Shown: positions 30,878 through 42,058 of the stretch, in pieces | How the letters are laid out: every line of letters starts with the position of its first letter | How positions within the stretch are numbered: position 1 is the first letter of the stretch | From: Ministeria vibrans ATCC 50519 | Lineage: Eukaryota > Protista > Filasterea | NCBI GenBank assembly: GCA_943704425.1 | Contig: CALSCP010002647.1 | Coordinates: forward strand, 1-42,058 | Direction of reading: 5' to 3' | Length of the DNA stretch: 42,058 nt | Translations under genes and position numbers: made by a program | The notes under the pieces: model-generated | The model's input: only the letters and a program-made list of their open reading frames with translations | What the model was told of the DNA's origin: nothing | Database searches by the model: none

Positions 30878-31212
30878 GGTTGAAGCCTATTGACTATGCG
30901 GCTACGGTAGGTCGAATGTCGCGCACTGACAGAGAGCGCGAAGATGAAGTAAAACTGTGAAACTGAAACTGATTGTGACTTGTTGAAAATCAGACCGGCC
31001 CAGGACCACTTTCCGCGCTACAAGAGTAACAACTGACAGAACTAACGTCTAACAGGAGCGTGGAGAGAGTCAGAGAGGGAGAGAGAGCAAAGGCCGATGA
31101 GCTGATGGTTTGTTTATTTTTTCCTCAGTGATTAGTGATCAGGTATCAGTCAGCTTTCGCCTTTCTCGCCCTCGCCTGACTGAGAGTTGCCTTGGAAGCG
31201 AGCACCCCTTTA

Positions 31213-31400
31213 TGGCGGACGAAGAGAAGCAATCGTCGCTGTTTATCGACAGGGACTTTGTGGTCTCAGCGGACGACGCTGCTGCCCGGCGCGCCGAGGC
31301 CAGGCTGGACGCAGCCTGCGGGGCACGCGACCCCAGCGCCGCGGCCGAGGCTGGTGCGCGCAGTGCTGGGGCCGCCAGCCCCGTCGATCCACGAACTAAG
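31213..31400 (+). CDS. First exon of an unknown gene, broken by N-gap 31453-32067
   Basis: GC-rich ORF MADEEKQSSLFIDRDFVVSADDAAARRAEARL...PRTK followed by GTTGAC and a poly-A intron-like stretch. A possible last exon lies at about 32113-32169 (LCRDSLGQDDRVDILLLS*). Confidence 0.4.
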
Positions 31401-32311
31401 GTTGACCTATTCTCAAAAAAAAAAAAAAAAAGCTTTCTCATCGAATTTACGCNNNNNNNNNNNNNNNNNNNNNNNNNNNNNNNNNNNNNNNNNNNNNNNN
31501 NNNNNNNNNNNNNNNNNNNNNNNNNNNNNNNNNNNNNNNNNNNNNNNNNNNNNNNNNNNNNNNNNNNNNNNNNNNNNNNNNNNNNNNNNNNNNNNNNNNN
31601 NNNNNNNNNNNNNNNNNNNNNNNNNNNNNNNNNNNNNNNNNNNNNNNNNNNNNNNNNNNNNNNNNNNNNNNNNNNNNNNNNNNNNNNNNNNNNNNNNNNN
31701 NNNNNNNNNNNNNNNNNNNNNNNNNNNNNNNNNNNNNNNNNNNNNNNNNNNNNNNNNNNNNNNNNNNNNNNNNNNNNNNNNNNNNNNNNNNNNNNNNNNN
31801 NNNNNNNNNNNNNNNNNNNNNNNNNNNNNNNNNNNNNNNNNNNNNNNNNNNNNNNNNNNNNNNNNNNNNNNNNNNNNNNNNNNNNNNNNNNNNNNNNNNN
31901 NNNNNNNNNNNNNNNNNNNNNNNNNNNNNNNNNNNNNNNNNNNNNNNNNNNNNNNNNNNNNNNNNNNNNNNNNNNNNNNNNNNNNNNNNNNNNNNNNNNN
32001 NNNNNNNNNNNNNNNNNNNNNNNNNNNNNNNNNNNNNNNNNNNNNNNNNNNNNNNNNNNNNNNNNNNATCTGTTACTGACTCGATTAGTGAAACACTGCG
32101 TATAGCTATTAGTTGTGTCGTGATTCCTTGGGGCAGGACGACCGGGTGGACATCCTACTATTGTCTTAAGTCTATAATACTATAATTAATTTGAAGATAA
32201 TAATACTAATAAGTAAATTAAAAATAATAATAATATTATAATAATAATAATAATTTTGCAATCCCATTCAAAAAAAAACCAAAAAAAGACCCAAAAAAGC
32301 AAAAAAAAAAA

Positions 32312-32394
32312 TCCGAGAACGGAGAGTCGAACTCCGGACAGCTCGATAACTTTACGTCTACAGTCGAGCACTCTGCCAACTGAGTTATTCTCGG
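32312..32394 (-). tRNA. tRNA-Tyr (anticodon GTA) with a 10-nt intron at position 37/38
   Basis: The reverse complement folds as: acceptor CCGAGAA/TTCTCGG plus discriminator A, D-stem ACTC/GAGT, anticodon stem CTCGA/TCGAG with loop CT-GTA-G-[ACGTAAAGTT]-A, T-arm CGGAG-TTCGACT-CTCCG. It has the eukaryotic Tyr C1:G72 pair and an oligo-T Pol III terminator immediately downstream. Confidence 0.95.
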
Positions 32395-32745
32395 GAAGAG
32401 AAGGCGAATTCCTGCTCACATTTGCTAAACTCCTAAATAGTGCTATATATTATCATTTTGATATTGGCAACTACAATTTTAATCTTAAAGTACTGCATCA
32501 GGTTCATCACACAGAGTCACAGATGTAAGCATGTGAATGGTTTAGTAGCAGTGACAATGCGATGCGATTTAATTTACAATAATTATATTGCAACTCAAAA
32601 ACACTTTGGAATGTCTGTGAGATATTTCCTGTATTAGGGCATTGAGTAAGGTTAGAGCGTTAGAAACAGCAACTCCAGTCTACTGACTGCCTCTGGGGAA
32701 CGTGTGGGAAACCAATGAATCTCTTTTCAATTTGTTTTAGTTTCT

Positions 32746-34056
32746 ATGGATTTATTTTTTTTCTTTCTTTCTGATAATTCACAACTTCGAGAACAAACTG
32801 CGCGTATGATTGAGCACCTTGCAACACGATGTCCCGGCTTGCACGGCCCTGGCGCCTCGCAGACCATCACTGTGATTTCCTTTTCGGAATTGTTCGACCA
32901 CCGTTCGATAGTCATCCCACTTTTCCAACGACGCTATCAGTGGACCCCTTTGATCGCCCAGCGGTGGTGGGACGATGCTATGAGTGTTGACCTTGCAGAG
33001 ATACCGGACTTTGCGCATCGGGTGGGCAAAGCTCGCTTTCGGCGATGCGATGAGGACGGACAGGCGACGCTGTGCATCGACGGCCAGCAGCGCATTACCA
33101 CCACCCTGCTGCTTGTGTGTGCTCTCCGCGATGCCACGCTGCGCCTCTCTCGCGATCATTCCCATGATGATGACTTGACTGGCGCCTGCGCCCCCCTGCT
33201 CAGACGACTGCAGAGTGCGCTGTTTCACGACGTAGCAGCCTTTGAGACCTTTGTCGCGGAGCACAAAGGAGCAGCAGCGGCCAACGTCCACCCTCACGGC
33301 GACATTCTGAAGTGTGCTCGTCTCATTCCTTCCTTTGAGGACCGTGCAGGCTTTTACAGCGTGCTCACCGGAGCCTTCTTGAATGTGACGTTGCCTCCAT
33401 CCGCCTCACTACAATCCGCCATCAAGGCGCACTTTGATACGTGTGTAGTTGAGCACCTTCTTGGCTCCACCGACGCCCGTGCACAACTCAAACGGCTGGA
33501 GTACTGCGTCGCTTGTGTACTTGATGGTATGCTCTTGACATTCATCGACATTGACAATCCCATCGACTTTGGTCAGGTATTTCTGTGGTTCCAGGAGCGC
33601 ACGCTAATTGGTCTCGGTGCGCTCCTTGCCAATCGAGCGCCGGGTCTCGACTTCTCCGCGTGCGATATGGTTCGCAATCTGCTGTTTGCTCCTTTTCTCG
33701 TGTCCTCAGAGACCAACTCGTTGCGCATGCACGAGGAGATGTACCGGCGCGAATGGCTTGTGTGCATAGAGCAGGGTCGCTCTACCGACTCCCTCGATGC
33801 GTGTCTTGCAGACTTTCTCAATCACGTTGGATTTGGCGCTACCGTACCGGCAAGCAAGCGACATTGTAGTGCTTTTGAGCTGAAGGCCGCCAAAGGTATC
33901 GACATGGTCCGTCTTGTGCACCCCGACAAACCGTTTGTTGCCGCACAGCTATACATGCGCTTTGTGTCGTGGCTGGAGACACAGTCGGCACCCACCGACA
34001 CTGGCCTTGCTCTTCATGCTCTCCGTCAGCTGCAAGACTTTATGAAGCATCGATGA
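32746..34056 (+). CDS. Intronless DUF262 (ParB/Srx-like; GmrSD/SspE N-terminal NTPase-type) domain protein; more likely start is ATG 32806
   Basis: Hallmark motifs IVIPLFQRRYQW (32908-32943), LCIDGQQRITTTLLLVCALRD (DGQQR at 33079-33093) and a degenerate VF...ANRAPGLDFSACDMVRNLLF (compare IFexlNxRGxxLxxxDlxkN). No recognisable HNH/DUF1524 domain. Confidence 0.85.
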   Translation: MDLFFFFLSDNSQLREQTARMIEHLATRCPGLHGPGASQTITVISFSELFDHRSIVIPLFQRRYQWTPLIAQRWWDDAMSVDLAEIPDFAHRVGKARFRRCDEDGQATLCIDGQQRITTTLLLVCALRDATLRLSRDHSHDDDLTGACAPLLRRLQSALFHDVAAFETFVAEHKGAAAANVHPHGDILKCARLIPSFEDRAGFYSVLTGAFLNVTLPPSASLQSAIKAHFDTCVVEHLLGSTDARAQLKRLEYCVACVLDGMLLTFIDIDNPIDFGQVFLWFQERTLIGLGALLANRAPGLDFSACDMVRNLLFAPFLVSSETNSLRMHEEMYRREWLVCIEQGRSTDSLDACLADFLNHVGFGATVPASKRHCSAFELKAAKGIDMVRLVHPDKPFVAAQLYMRFVSWLETQSAPTDTGLALHALRQLQDFMKHR

Positions 34057-34226
34057 GCTACAAGGCGATTGCTGTATGCTGGGTGGGGCGTTTTAATCTG
34101 GAGACACAGTCGGCACCCACCGACACTGGCCTTGCTCTTCATGCTCTCCGTCAGCTGCAAGACTTTATGAAGCATTGATGAGCTACAAGGCGATTGCTGT
34201 ATGCTGGGTGGGGCGTTTTAATCTGG
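33973..34226 (+). repeat. 125-bp tandem duplication of the DUF262 3' end and UTR
   Basis: 33973-34097 equals 34098-34222 except C34051/T34176. CTGG microhomology at 33973, 34098 and 34223. Confidence 0.95.
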
Positions 34227-34848
34227 TGTTTCACAGTTTGTTGTCTCTCTGACAAACTTAATATGGTTGCACGTTGTTGTATTCTATGCAACGTTTGCCT
34301 GGCACAGTCAACCTAACCTGTCTTCCTCACTGGGCCATTGAAACGCAGCTTGACGTTTCCCTGTTTTCCATCTCTTCTTTTGTCTCGTCGCTCTTGGCTT
34401 CACCACAACAATTGTTCAACCTTCTCAACGTCTTCGTTGTGTTGTCGTATGTGTTTACAAACATAACAATAAAAAGCTAAAATAAATTAATATTAATTAT
34501 TTGAGTTCCGAGTTATTATTATTATTCGAATATACCCCCCTCGACGCTGCTGTACCTTCTCACGTGACGCAAGTCAACGCGGTAAGAAACACCCATCTCC
34601 AATATAATGGAGAAGAAGAAGACATTTCCGATAATATAACAAATAGCGTCTTTCCGCTTCTCTTCGTCTCCTTCTCTCCCTCTCCCTTGCTTGCCTCTCT
34701 AATGGGCTGGTCAACTGTCTATGCTACCGAACTGCACCCTCTGAAACCCTTAATGTCATTGGCGTGTTCCTTTTTTAGTGCTCTGCAAACAAAAGAAGAA
34801 AAAGGAAAATTTAACAATCGAAATTGGAATTGCGGTGGTGTTGGCACA

Positions 34849-35163
34849 ATGGGATGGTGGGACAGCAAAACGAACCGGGTGATCTTCCTGGTGTGTCTGG
34901 CGCTGGCGATTGTGCTGGTTGCCGTGGTCCTCGCGCTGTGTCTGTGGCGACGCAGGGTCATGCAGCAGCAGCAGAAGGAGTCGGATCGGCGGAGGCGCCA
35001 GCGAGTTCAGCATGCCGTCGCCACCGCCACCAACAGCGGGCTGTCGCGCCGGGGCGAGCTCGAAGCGGTGGTCAACGAGAGCTACGGACGTGCTGCCACC
35101 ATCGAAGAGGAGCGTCTTCAGCAGCTGAGAGTGTCGAACAATGTGTTGCGCGACTACAAGTAA
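34849..35163 (+). CDS. Small single-pass membrane protein (104 aa), orphan
   Basis: GC-rich ORF MGWWDSKTNR-VIFLVCLALAIVLVAVVLALCLW-RRRVMQQQQ...VNESYG...DYK in AT-rich surroundings. Confidence 0.55.
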   Translation: MGWWDSKTNRVIFLVCLALAIVLVAVVLALCLWRRRVMQQQQKESDRRRRQRVQHAVATATNSGLSRRGELEAVVNESYGRAATIEEERLQQLRVSNNVLRDYK

Positions 35164-35432
35164 GACATTCCAACCAACAACCAAGAATGTGTGTCCTATC
35201 CACGACTTTTGCGCTTTTTGTCAGTCCGCATCATTGATAATTATATTAATTTATTACGATTTTTACTGTATTATCGGTATGAATCGTGACTGTCTGTGTG
35301 TGATTGTGCGTGAGTACGCGTGCTCGTGTGGTGTTTTAAAAGTTTACTATTGTGACGATTGTTAATAGAAAAACAATAATAATAATAATAAGAAGAAGAA
35401 GAATACAACCCAGTAATTAAAAATAAAAATTA

Positions 35433-36524
<1,092 letters not shown>

Positions 36525-36658
36525 ACCAACTGCCAACAAACTATCAACGATCTACCAACGGACTACCAGCTACCATAAACCATGCAATGTAAATAAATTA
36601 TAATAATAATACAAATAATAAAAATAATTATAATAATAATTATTATTTATTATAATAA

Positions 36659-36697
<39 letters not shown>

Positions 36698-36853
36698 CAA
36701 TAATAATAATAATAATTATAACAACTCAATTAATACTCTTATTAAATGCTTTTGTGACTTAATTTATCAGACATTTCACAATTTGCGAGGACGATCCAAA
36801 GTTTTCATTCTCATTCTATCACACCACTAGCTCCACAGAAAAAAAAACTCTCC

Positions 36854-39800
36854 CTACTCGTAGACTACTGAACCACGCGCCATCCTCGTGCGTGCGTGGT
36901 GTGTGTCTTCCTTGTGCGAATCGCCGTGCTTCCTGTCGCGTAGGCGGTTCAGGGCCAGCTGCCAGCGCAGACGCGGCACATGTGTACGCGCCTCTGGGTC
37001 AAAAGCAAACTTGGCCAACACATTCACCAACGGATGGTACTCCATCCACCACCTGTACAAAACATCAAAAAAGTACACTCAGCAGTCGATGAGGTGCAAA
37101 ACAACTCAAGGGTACCGATCAATAGGAACCCTCAATTTGAAATCGGTGCGTGTCGCAAGTTCTTCAACGGGAGTAAAGACCGATGACGAGCCAATCTGAC
37201 CAACCACTGCGACACTCAAATCGTCGCGGCAAGGAAGACTAAATAGAGTCGTAAAATCATATCAAAGAAGTAAAACACCAGACATCGCAGCAACAGTCAC
37301 ATACCTTCCATGAAAGCTGAAAAGCCACTCGACCGCTCTGGTGGCGTACTTGACACCTGCAATGCGATCGGCGGGTGACGGCGCCAGGCCTTGCTGCAGA
37401 TGTCCCAGAATGTTACTGCGCGCCGTGAACAGTCCTTTGCCTTCCTCTTCGTACAGTCGCTGTAGAAAGTCACTCGTGTAGGTCAAACTGCACTTTTCGT
37501 TGCGCAACAGCACACCACATCGCGCTCCCTATATCAAACACCAGAGCCCTTCGTGAGCAACTTGACAACAACGAAAAAACAAAAAAAAAAAAAACAAAAA
37601 AGGGGGCGGGGTTCGTCTACGAAACTCTTACCTCTTCGAATCGAGTTTTCATATGCTCCAAATCGCGCAGAACACGATCAATCTTAATACCCTCTTCGCT
37701 CGTGTACGACAAGTCTGACCCACTCGCAATCGCACCAACCGTCGCAAGGTATCCTACAAACGCAAGTAAAGACGTCATGGATTGTTCTCTCCTCTTTTCC
37801 CATCTCTCATACCACAGTTGTTGCCGTGCGTCTCCACAATGAACATGCGTCGACGGGTGCCCGACGCACTCTGCTTAAGCACGTCGACAGCCCCCACAAT
37901 GGCATTGAGAGCCGTATCGGTGCCCAGCGCGCACTCGGTGCCCGGCACATTGTTGCTAATGGTGGCTGGTAGGCATGTCATGGGAATGCACAGTGCAGGG
38001 TATGTGTCGCGGGCCGCCGCGAGCGCGCGCAGACCTGTAAACGCCTCAAACCCACCAATGTTAAATAGGGCCGTCACATTGTGCTCACGCAGCGTGCGCG
38101 CAATATTCTCCATAGGCGCCTCAGTTGTGCCGGGTATGACGCGGTTCGTGCCCAGTGCACAGCCGCCCATGTTCGCCCACGTGTCCACGTCCATCCATTT
38201 GAGTGCCTTCACGCGTCCCTGGGCAAGCCCCAAAAACCCATCGAGACAGCCTACGACGCAGCTTCCCCGATCTAGTGCGAGACGCACGGCTGCCCGCGCC
38301 GCACTGTTCATGCCGGCACAAGGCGCTCCCGTGTGCATCACCAGAAGACACCCTCGCTCACATGCCTTACTCTCGTCGCGCTCCATGTCAAACTGGTGCC
38401 GCAACGACTCCGACTCCTCGAGTGTCTCCGACACACAATTGACCTTCTTGAGTGTTTCAAAATCCTTTGCAAAGTCGCGTCCGCGCAGCGCCATCGCCTG
38501 CTCGTACTTTCCCTCACCAATCAGCTTAGCCACCCTCTGACACTCTTCCACACTCTGCACCAGGGGACTCGCCACAATCTCCGTCCCAATCACTCCCACA
38601 ACCACAGCAGGCGCGTGAGCGGGTCGTGTCAGCAGCTGCTGCACTGCACACGCACCCTGTACAGTGCCCAAGTATCGGTCAAACGCCGACGGCGCTCCAC
38701 CTCGTTGCACGTGTCCCAACGTCGTAATGCGCGTGTCGTGGCCCAGTCGGGTGCCCAGAATCTACCAAACATATTAAAAAAAAACAGACAAACACACGCT
38801 CTGCATTATGTATGCAATATGGATTGAATTCATAGCGCTACTGCTTACGTCTTTAATGTACTGTGCAGTGATGGGATTGCCATGGCGGTCACGAGCGCCC
38901 TCCGCAATGATCACAATGGAGCATCGACGACCCCCACTGCGTGTCTGAGAAATCATCAACATAATGAGGTTAGTTAAGCAAGCAACGTCCATGTGGAAGG
39001 CGCCCAAGTTGAAAAACAAACAAACAGCCAACCAAACCAAACAGACACACACGCACGTACACTGCACACTCTCGCTTTTTTTTAATAATATTATGTATCC
39101 CTTACACGGCGGAGTTGGTTGCAGAGGATCTGCTCCCAATCGTCAACGGTGGGAGGACACTCCGGGATCAGCACCCAGTCGGCACCCACCGCAAGTGCCG
39201 TCATCAGTGCCAGGTAGCCACAGTTCCTTCAAGGGTGAGACAGATAGCGTGTAAGGCACAGGCTGCTTGCTACTACATCGCTTCGCTTCTACGCACCTTC
39301 CCATGACCTCAAGCACAAAGGAGCGCTTGTGCGACTGTGCTGTGGACACAATCGAGTCAGACGCTTCAATGATGCGGTGTAGGGCAGTGTTGGCGCCAAT
39401 GGTGAGGTCTGTGCCGCACATGTCGTTGTCGATGGAGCCCACCATGCCCACAACGGTCAAGACATTATACTGTGCTCCGATCTGAGCGCTGATCTCTCCC
39501 GCCTCAACCAGCTCTGTGATCAACGAGGGCCACTCCAACTTAAACAAGTTGGCGCCCGTCAAACTTCCGTCGCCGCCAATGCAGATCTGAGACAATACAA
39601 AGAAGAGGGTAGCAGAGTAAGGAAAATGTTTGTATATGGGAGAGAGGGAATGAATGAGAGCAAGAGAGAGAGAGAAAGACAAAAAAGAGAAATAGAGAGA
39701 GAGAGAGACAAAGAGAAAAAGAGAGAGAGAGACAAAGAGAAAAAGAGAGAGACAAAGAGAAAAAGAGAGACAAGAGAAAAAGAGACAGACAAGGAGAAAA

Positions 39801-40693
39801 CGAGAGCGACAAAGAGAAAAAGTAGAAGTATAACTACATCAATCCAAGACACACATTGAAAGCAGTGCACAACGAGAAAAAAAAAACAAACAAAAAAGCA
39901 AACAAAACAAAAACGTCATACCAAGTTTGAGATTCCCAGTTGCACAAGATTCTTGCACGCTCGCAAACGTCCACTTCGCTCGCGGAATTCCTTGCACCGC
40001 GCCGTTCCAATACACGTCCCACCAAGACTAATAAGTCCTCCCGTATCAATCCAGTCCATAGCGCGAATGTTGTCGCCGCCATCAACCAGGCCTTGGTAGC
40101 CCTGAGGCAAGTCAATGCACAAAACATGAGCAAACATGAGCAAATCATCCATATGACAAGATGCGCATTTTCCTACCTCGTAAATAGCAAAGGCCTTCAT
40201 TTCCATCGCATGCGCCGTCTTTACCACGGAGCGGACGGCGGCATTCATTCCTACGCAATTGAGAGTGTTCACACAAAAGGGCAAAGCTCGCACTTGCACT
40301 GGGCGGAGGGTGTACGGCGGCACAGGCGCGGGGGCAGCGCACGGGCCAGGCAGTGTACGCTGCACATGTGCTCAGGGGGGCGGTGGGTCGCATGGGGGCC
40401 ACAGACAGCGGCAGAGGGGACGAGTGCAAAAATGCGTGATTGGATTGGACTGTTGCGGTGCGACACAGATCGTACCTGGAGCATCGCCGCCGCTGGTCAT
40501 GACTGCTACGGCGCGTCCTTTGCCCAGGGGCGGTCCATTGAGCACACGGAAGTTCACGGGAGCGGACTCTACAAGAGAGAGCGCGAGCGAGTCAGTCAAC
40601 ACATTAACACATTGAGGCGAAGCGTCTCTCTTTCGCACCCCATCGATCCGAACTGGTGGACGACGTCGATGTCGACGACTGTGAGTGTTGCAT
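36854..40693 (-). CDS. PFK: ATP-dependent 6-phosphofructokinase, eukaryotic tandem-domain type (multi-exon)
   Basis: Catalytic half: [77 protein letters not shown]. Regulatory half: [32 protein letters not shown]. The ATG at 40693 is tentative. Confidence 0.96.
39650..39825. repeat. Intronic purine-rich 20-22 bp tandem repeat (GAGAGACAAAGAGAAAAA)
   Basis: Several tandem units within a PFK intron. Confidence 0.75.
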
Positions 40694-40847
40694 GTCGCTT
40701 ATGTTGAAGAGAAAATTGATTATATGTCATATGATTATATGATTAATGATTTCGATTATCGACTTCAGTCAGAGACAAAAGTACACACAAATTTTTTCTA
40801 ATTTTTTTTAACATTGGAAGAAAAAATAGGACACGAATGATTATTTA

Positions 40848-41880
40848 TTACTTTTTGTGCAACGCTGCACAATCGACACACACGCGACAGGGATCGTCCG
40901 AAGTGGCGCCCAGACGGCTCTTGGGGATTTCTGGAGATTCTAGAGAGCATTCGCGGCACAAGACAGCGCCACACGCAGCACAGTGTACGCGAGGTTCCAC
41001 TGACAGTGGCCGCACCACACAGCGGCCGCACGGGGTGTTGGACAACAGTGACCGTGACGGCACGCCACCTCCGCCCTTCTTAGGGTCGTCGCCTCGCTTC
41101 AGCGCCTCCAGTGTGTCTGCGCGAGCCTGCGACGGCGCATTACCCGCAACACGACGCAGAAATGCCCCAAAATCGTGACAGTCCTTGACACTTGCCTCTT
41201 GCCACTCCACGTCGTCCTGGAACTTAGCAATGGCTTTGTCAACATTAAAGCCCGCCAGACTCAGGTAGGCAAGTGCCTCGCCAGGCTCCCGCTCGTGCGT
41301 CACCCGCATAAACGTCTTGATGGCCATCCGGCGCCTCAGTGCCTCGATCACCTCGGGATCGGGCAGGGGCACGTCGCACGCGCGCATATCCTTGGGGCGC
41401 GGCACGAGTAGCGAATAGTACCCGATCACGTCCGTCGTTTGCATTCGGTTGAGTCGTCGCAGCTCAGTCGTGTCTGTGCCATACCGCACCGCAATACCCG
41501 CAAGCGTATCCTGCAAGACGTACAATAATAAGTACGGTGAAAGTTTGATTCGAAGTAATTATTCATACTGATTCGGAAACGTAGTGGACAATGGTGTCGA
41601 GACCTGTTGCCGCAAGACGTTGTTGTTCCTGTTCGAGTTGGGCACGCTGGTCCAGGGCCCGTTGCGAGGGTGCCTCTGCGACACTGGATGAGGTGGACAT
41701 GCCCGAGTCCGAGGGGACGTTTGAAGCTGTCGATGAGGTGTACTGCGCGAGAAGTTGGTCGCTGTACTGTGTGCGGTAGGAGCATTGGAAGGTGTGGATG
41801 TCGAGGTCTCGACGGTCTACCAGTGTGTTACAGCCGTAGAAAGGACATGTGATCATGACTGCCGAAGCGTCCGCCGTCAT
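40848..41880 (-). CDS. TRAF-type-like zinc finger + LysM + UBA-like + FYVE-like zinc finger protein (5' end may lie beyond the window)
   Basis: Exons 41880-41569 and 41510-40848 join in frame. CPFYGCNTLVDRRDLDIHTFQC; LysM IVHYVSES|DTLAGIAVRYGTDTTELRRLNRM...LLVP; UBA-like AIKTFMRVTHEREPGEALAYLSLAGFNVDKAIAKF; CGRC...HCAACGAVLCREC...RVCVDC. Confidence 0.85.
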
Positions 41881-41919
41881 CTGCAGCGTACTGTTGTGTC
41901 TGTGTGGGTTGTGGAACCA

Positions 41920-42058
<139 letters not shown>

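Noticed and set aside
32746-34056. Bacterial contaminant or complete restriction operon
   Set aside because: It is contiguous with a eukaryotic tRNA, (AAT)n repeats and spliced genes, and no methylase, ssp/dnd genes or nuclease partner lies nearby.

Overview
This is gene-dense eukaryotic genomic DNA with short GT-AG introns, (GA/CT)n, (CA)n and (AAT)n microsatellites and four N-gaps. The gene content is animal-like but very compact, most consistent with a unicellular holozoan or similar protist (inference). Manual splicing gives, in order: the 3' part of an anoctamin/TMEM16; a large zinc-finger + WW scaffold; a paxillin-family LD/LIM protein; a membrane-anchored ependymin-related protein; a UPF0488/C8orf33 homolog; a coiled-coil-LRR-SAM protein ending in a PDZ ligand; a DLK/LZK (MAP3K12/13) kinase; a large EGF/SEA mosaic receptor with a very recent 1842-bp internal duplication; an 11-exon DEG/ENaC channel with altered HG and GAS motifs; a gap-broken unknown gene; an intron-containing tRNA-Tyr; an intronless bacterial-type DUF262 (GmrSD/SspE-like) gene; two orphan genes; eukaryotic 6-phosphofructokinase; and a zinc-finger-LysM-UBA-FYVE-like protein. 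The strongest candidates for new biology are the DUF262 defence-type gene, the non-canonical DEG/ENaC, the tethered ependymin, the EGF/SEA receptor and the cytosolic LysM-UBA-FYVE protein. All family calls come from motif recognition by eye; no searches were run.
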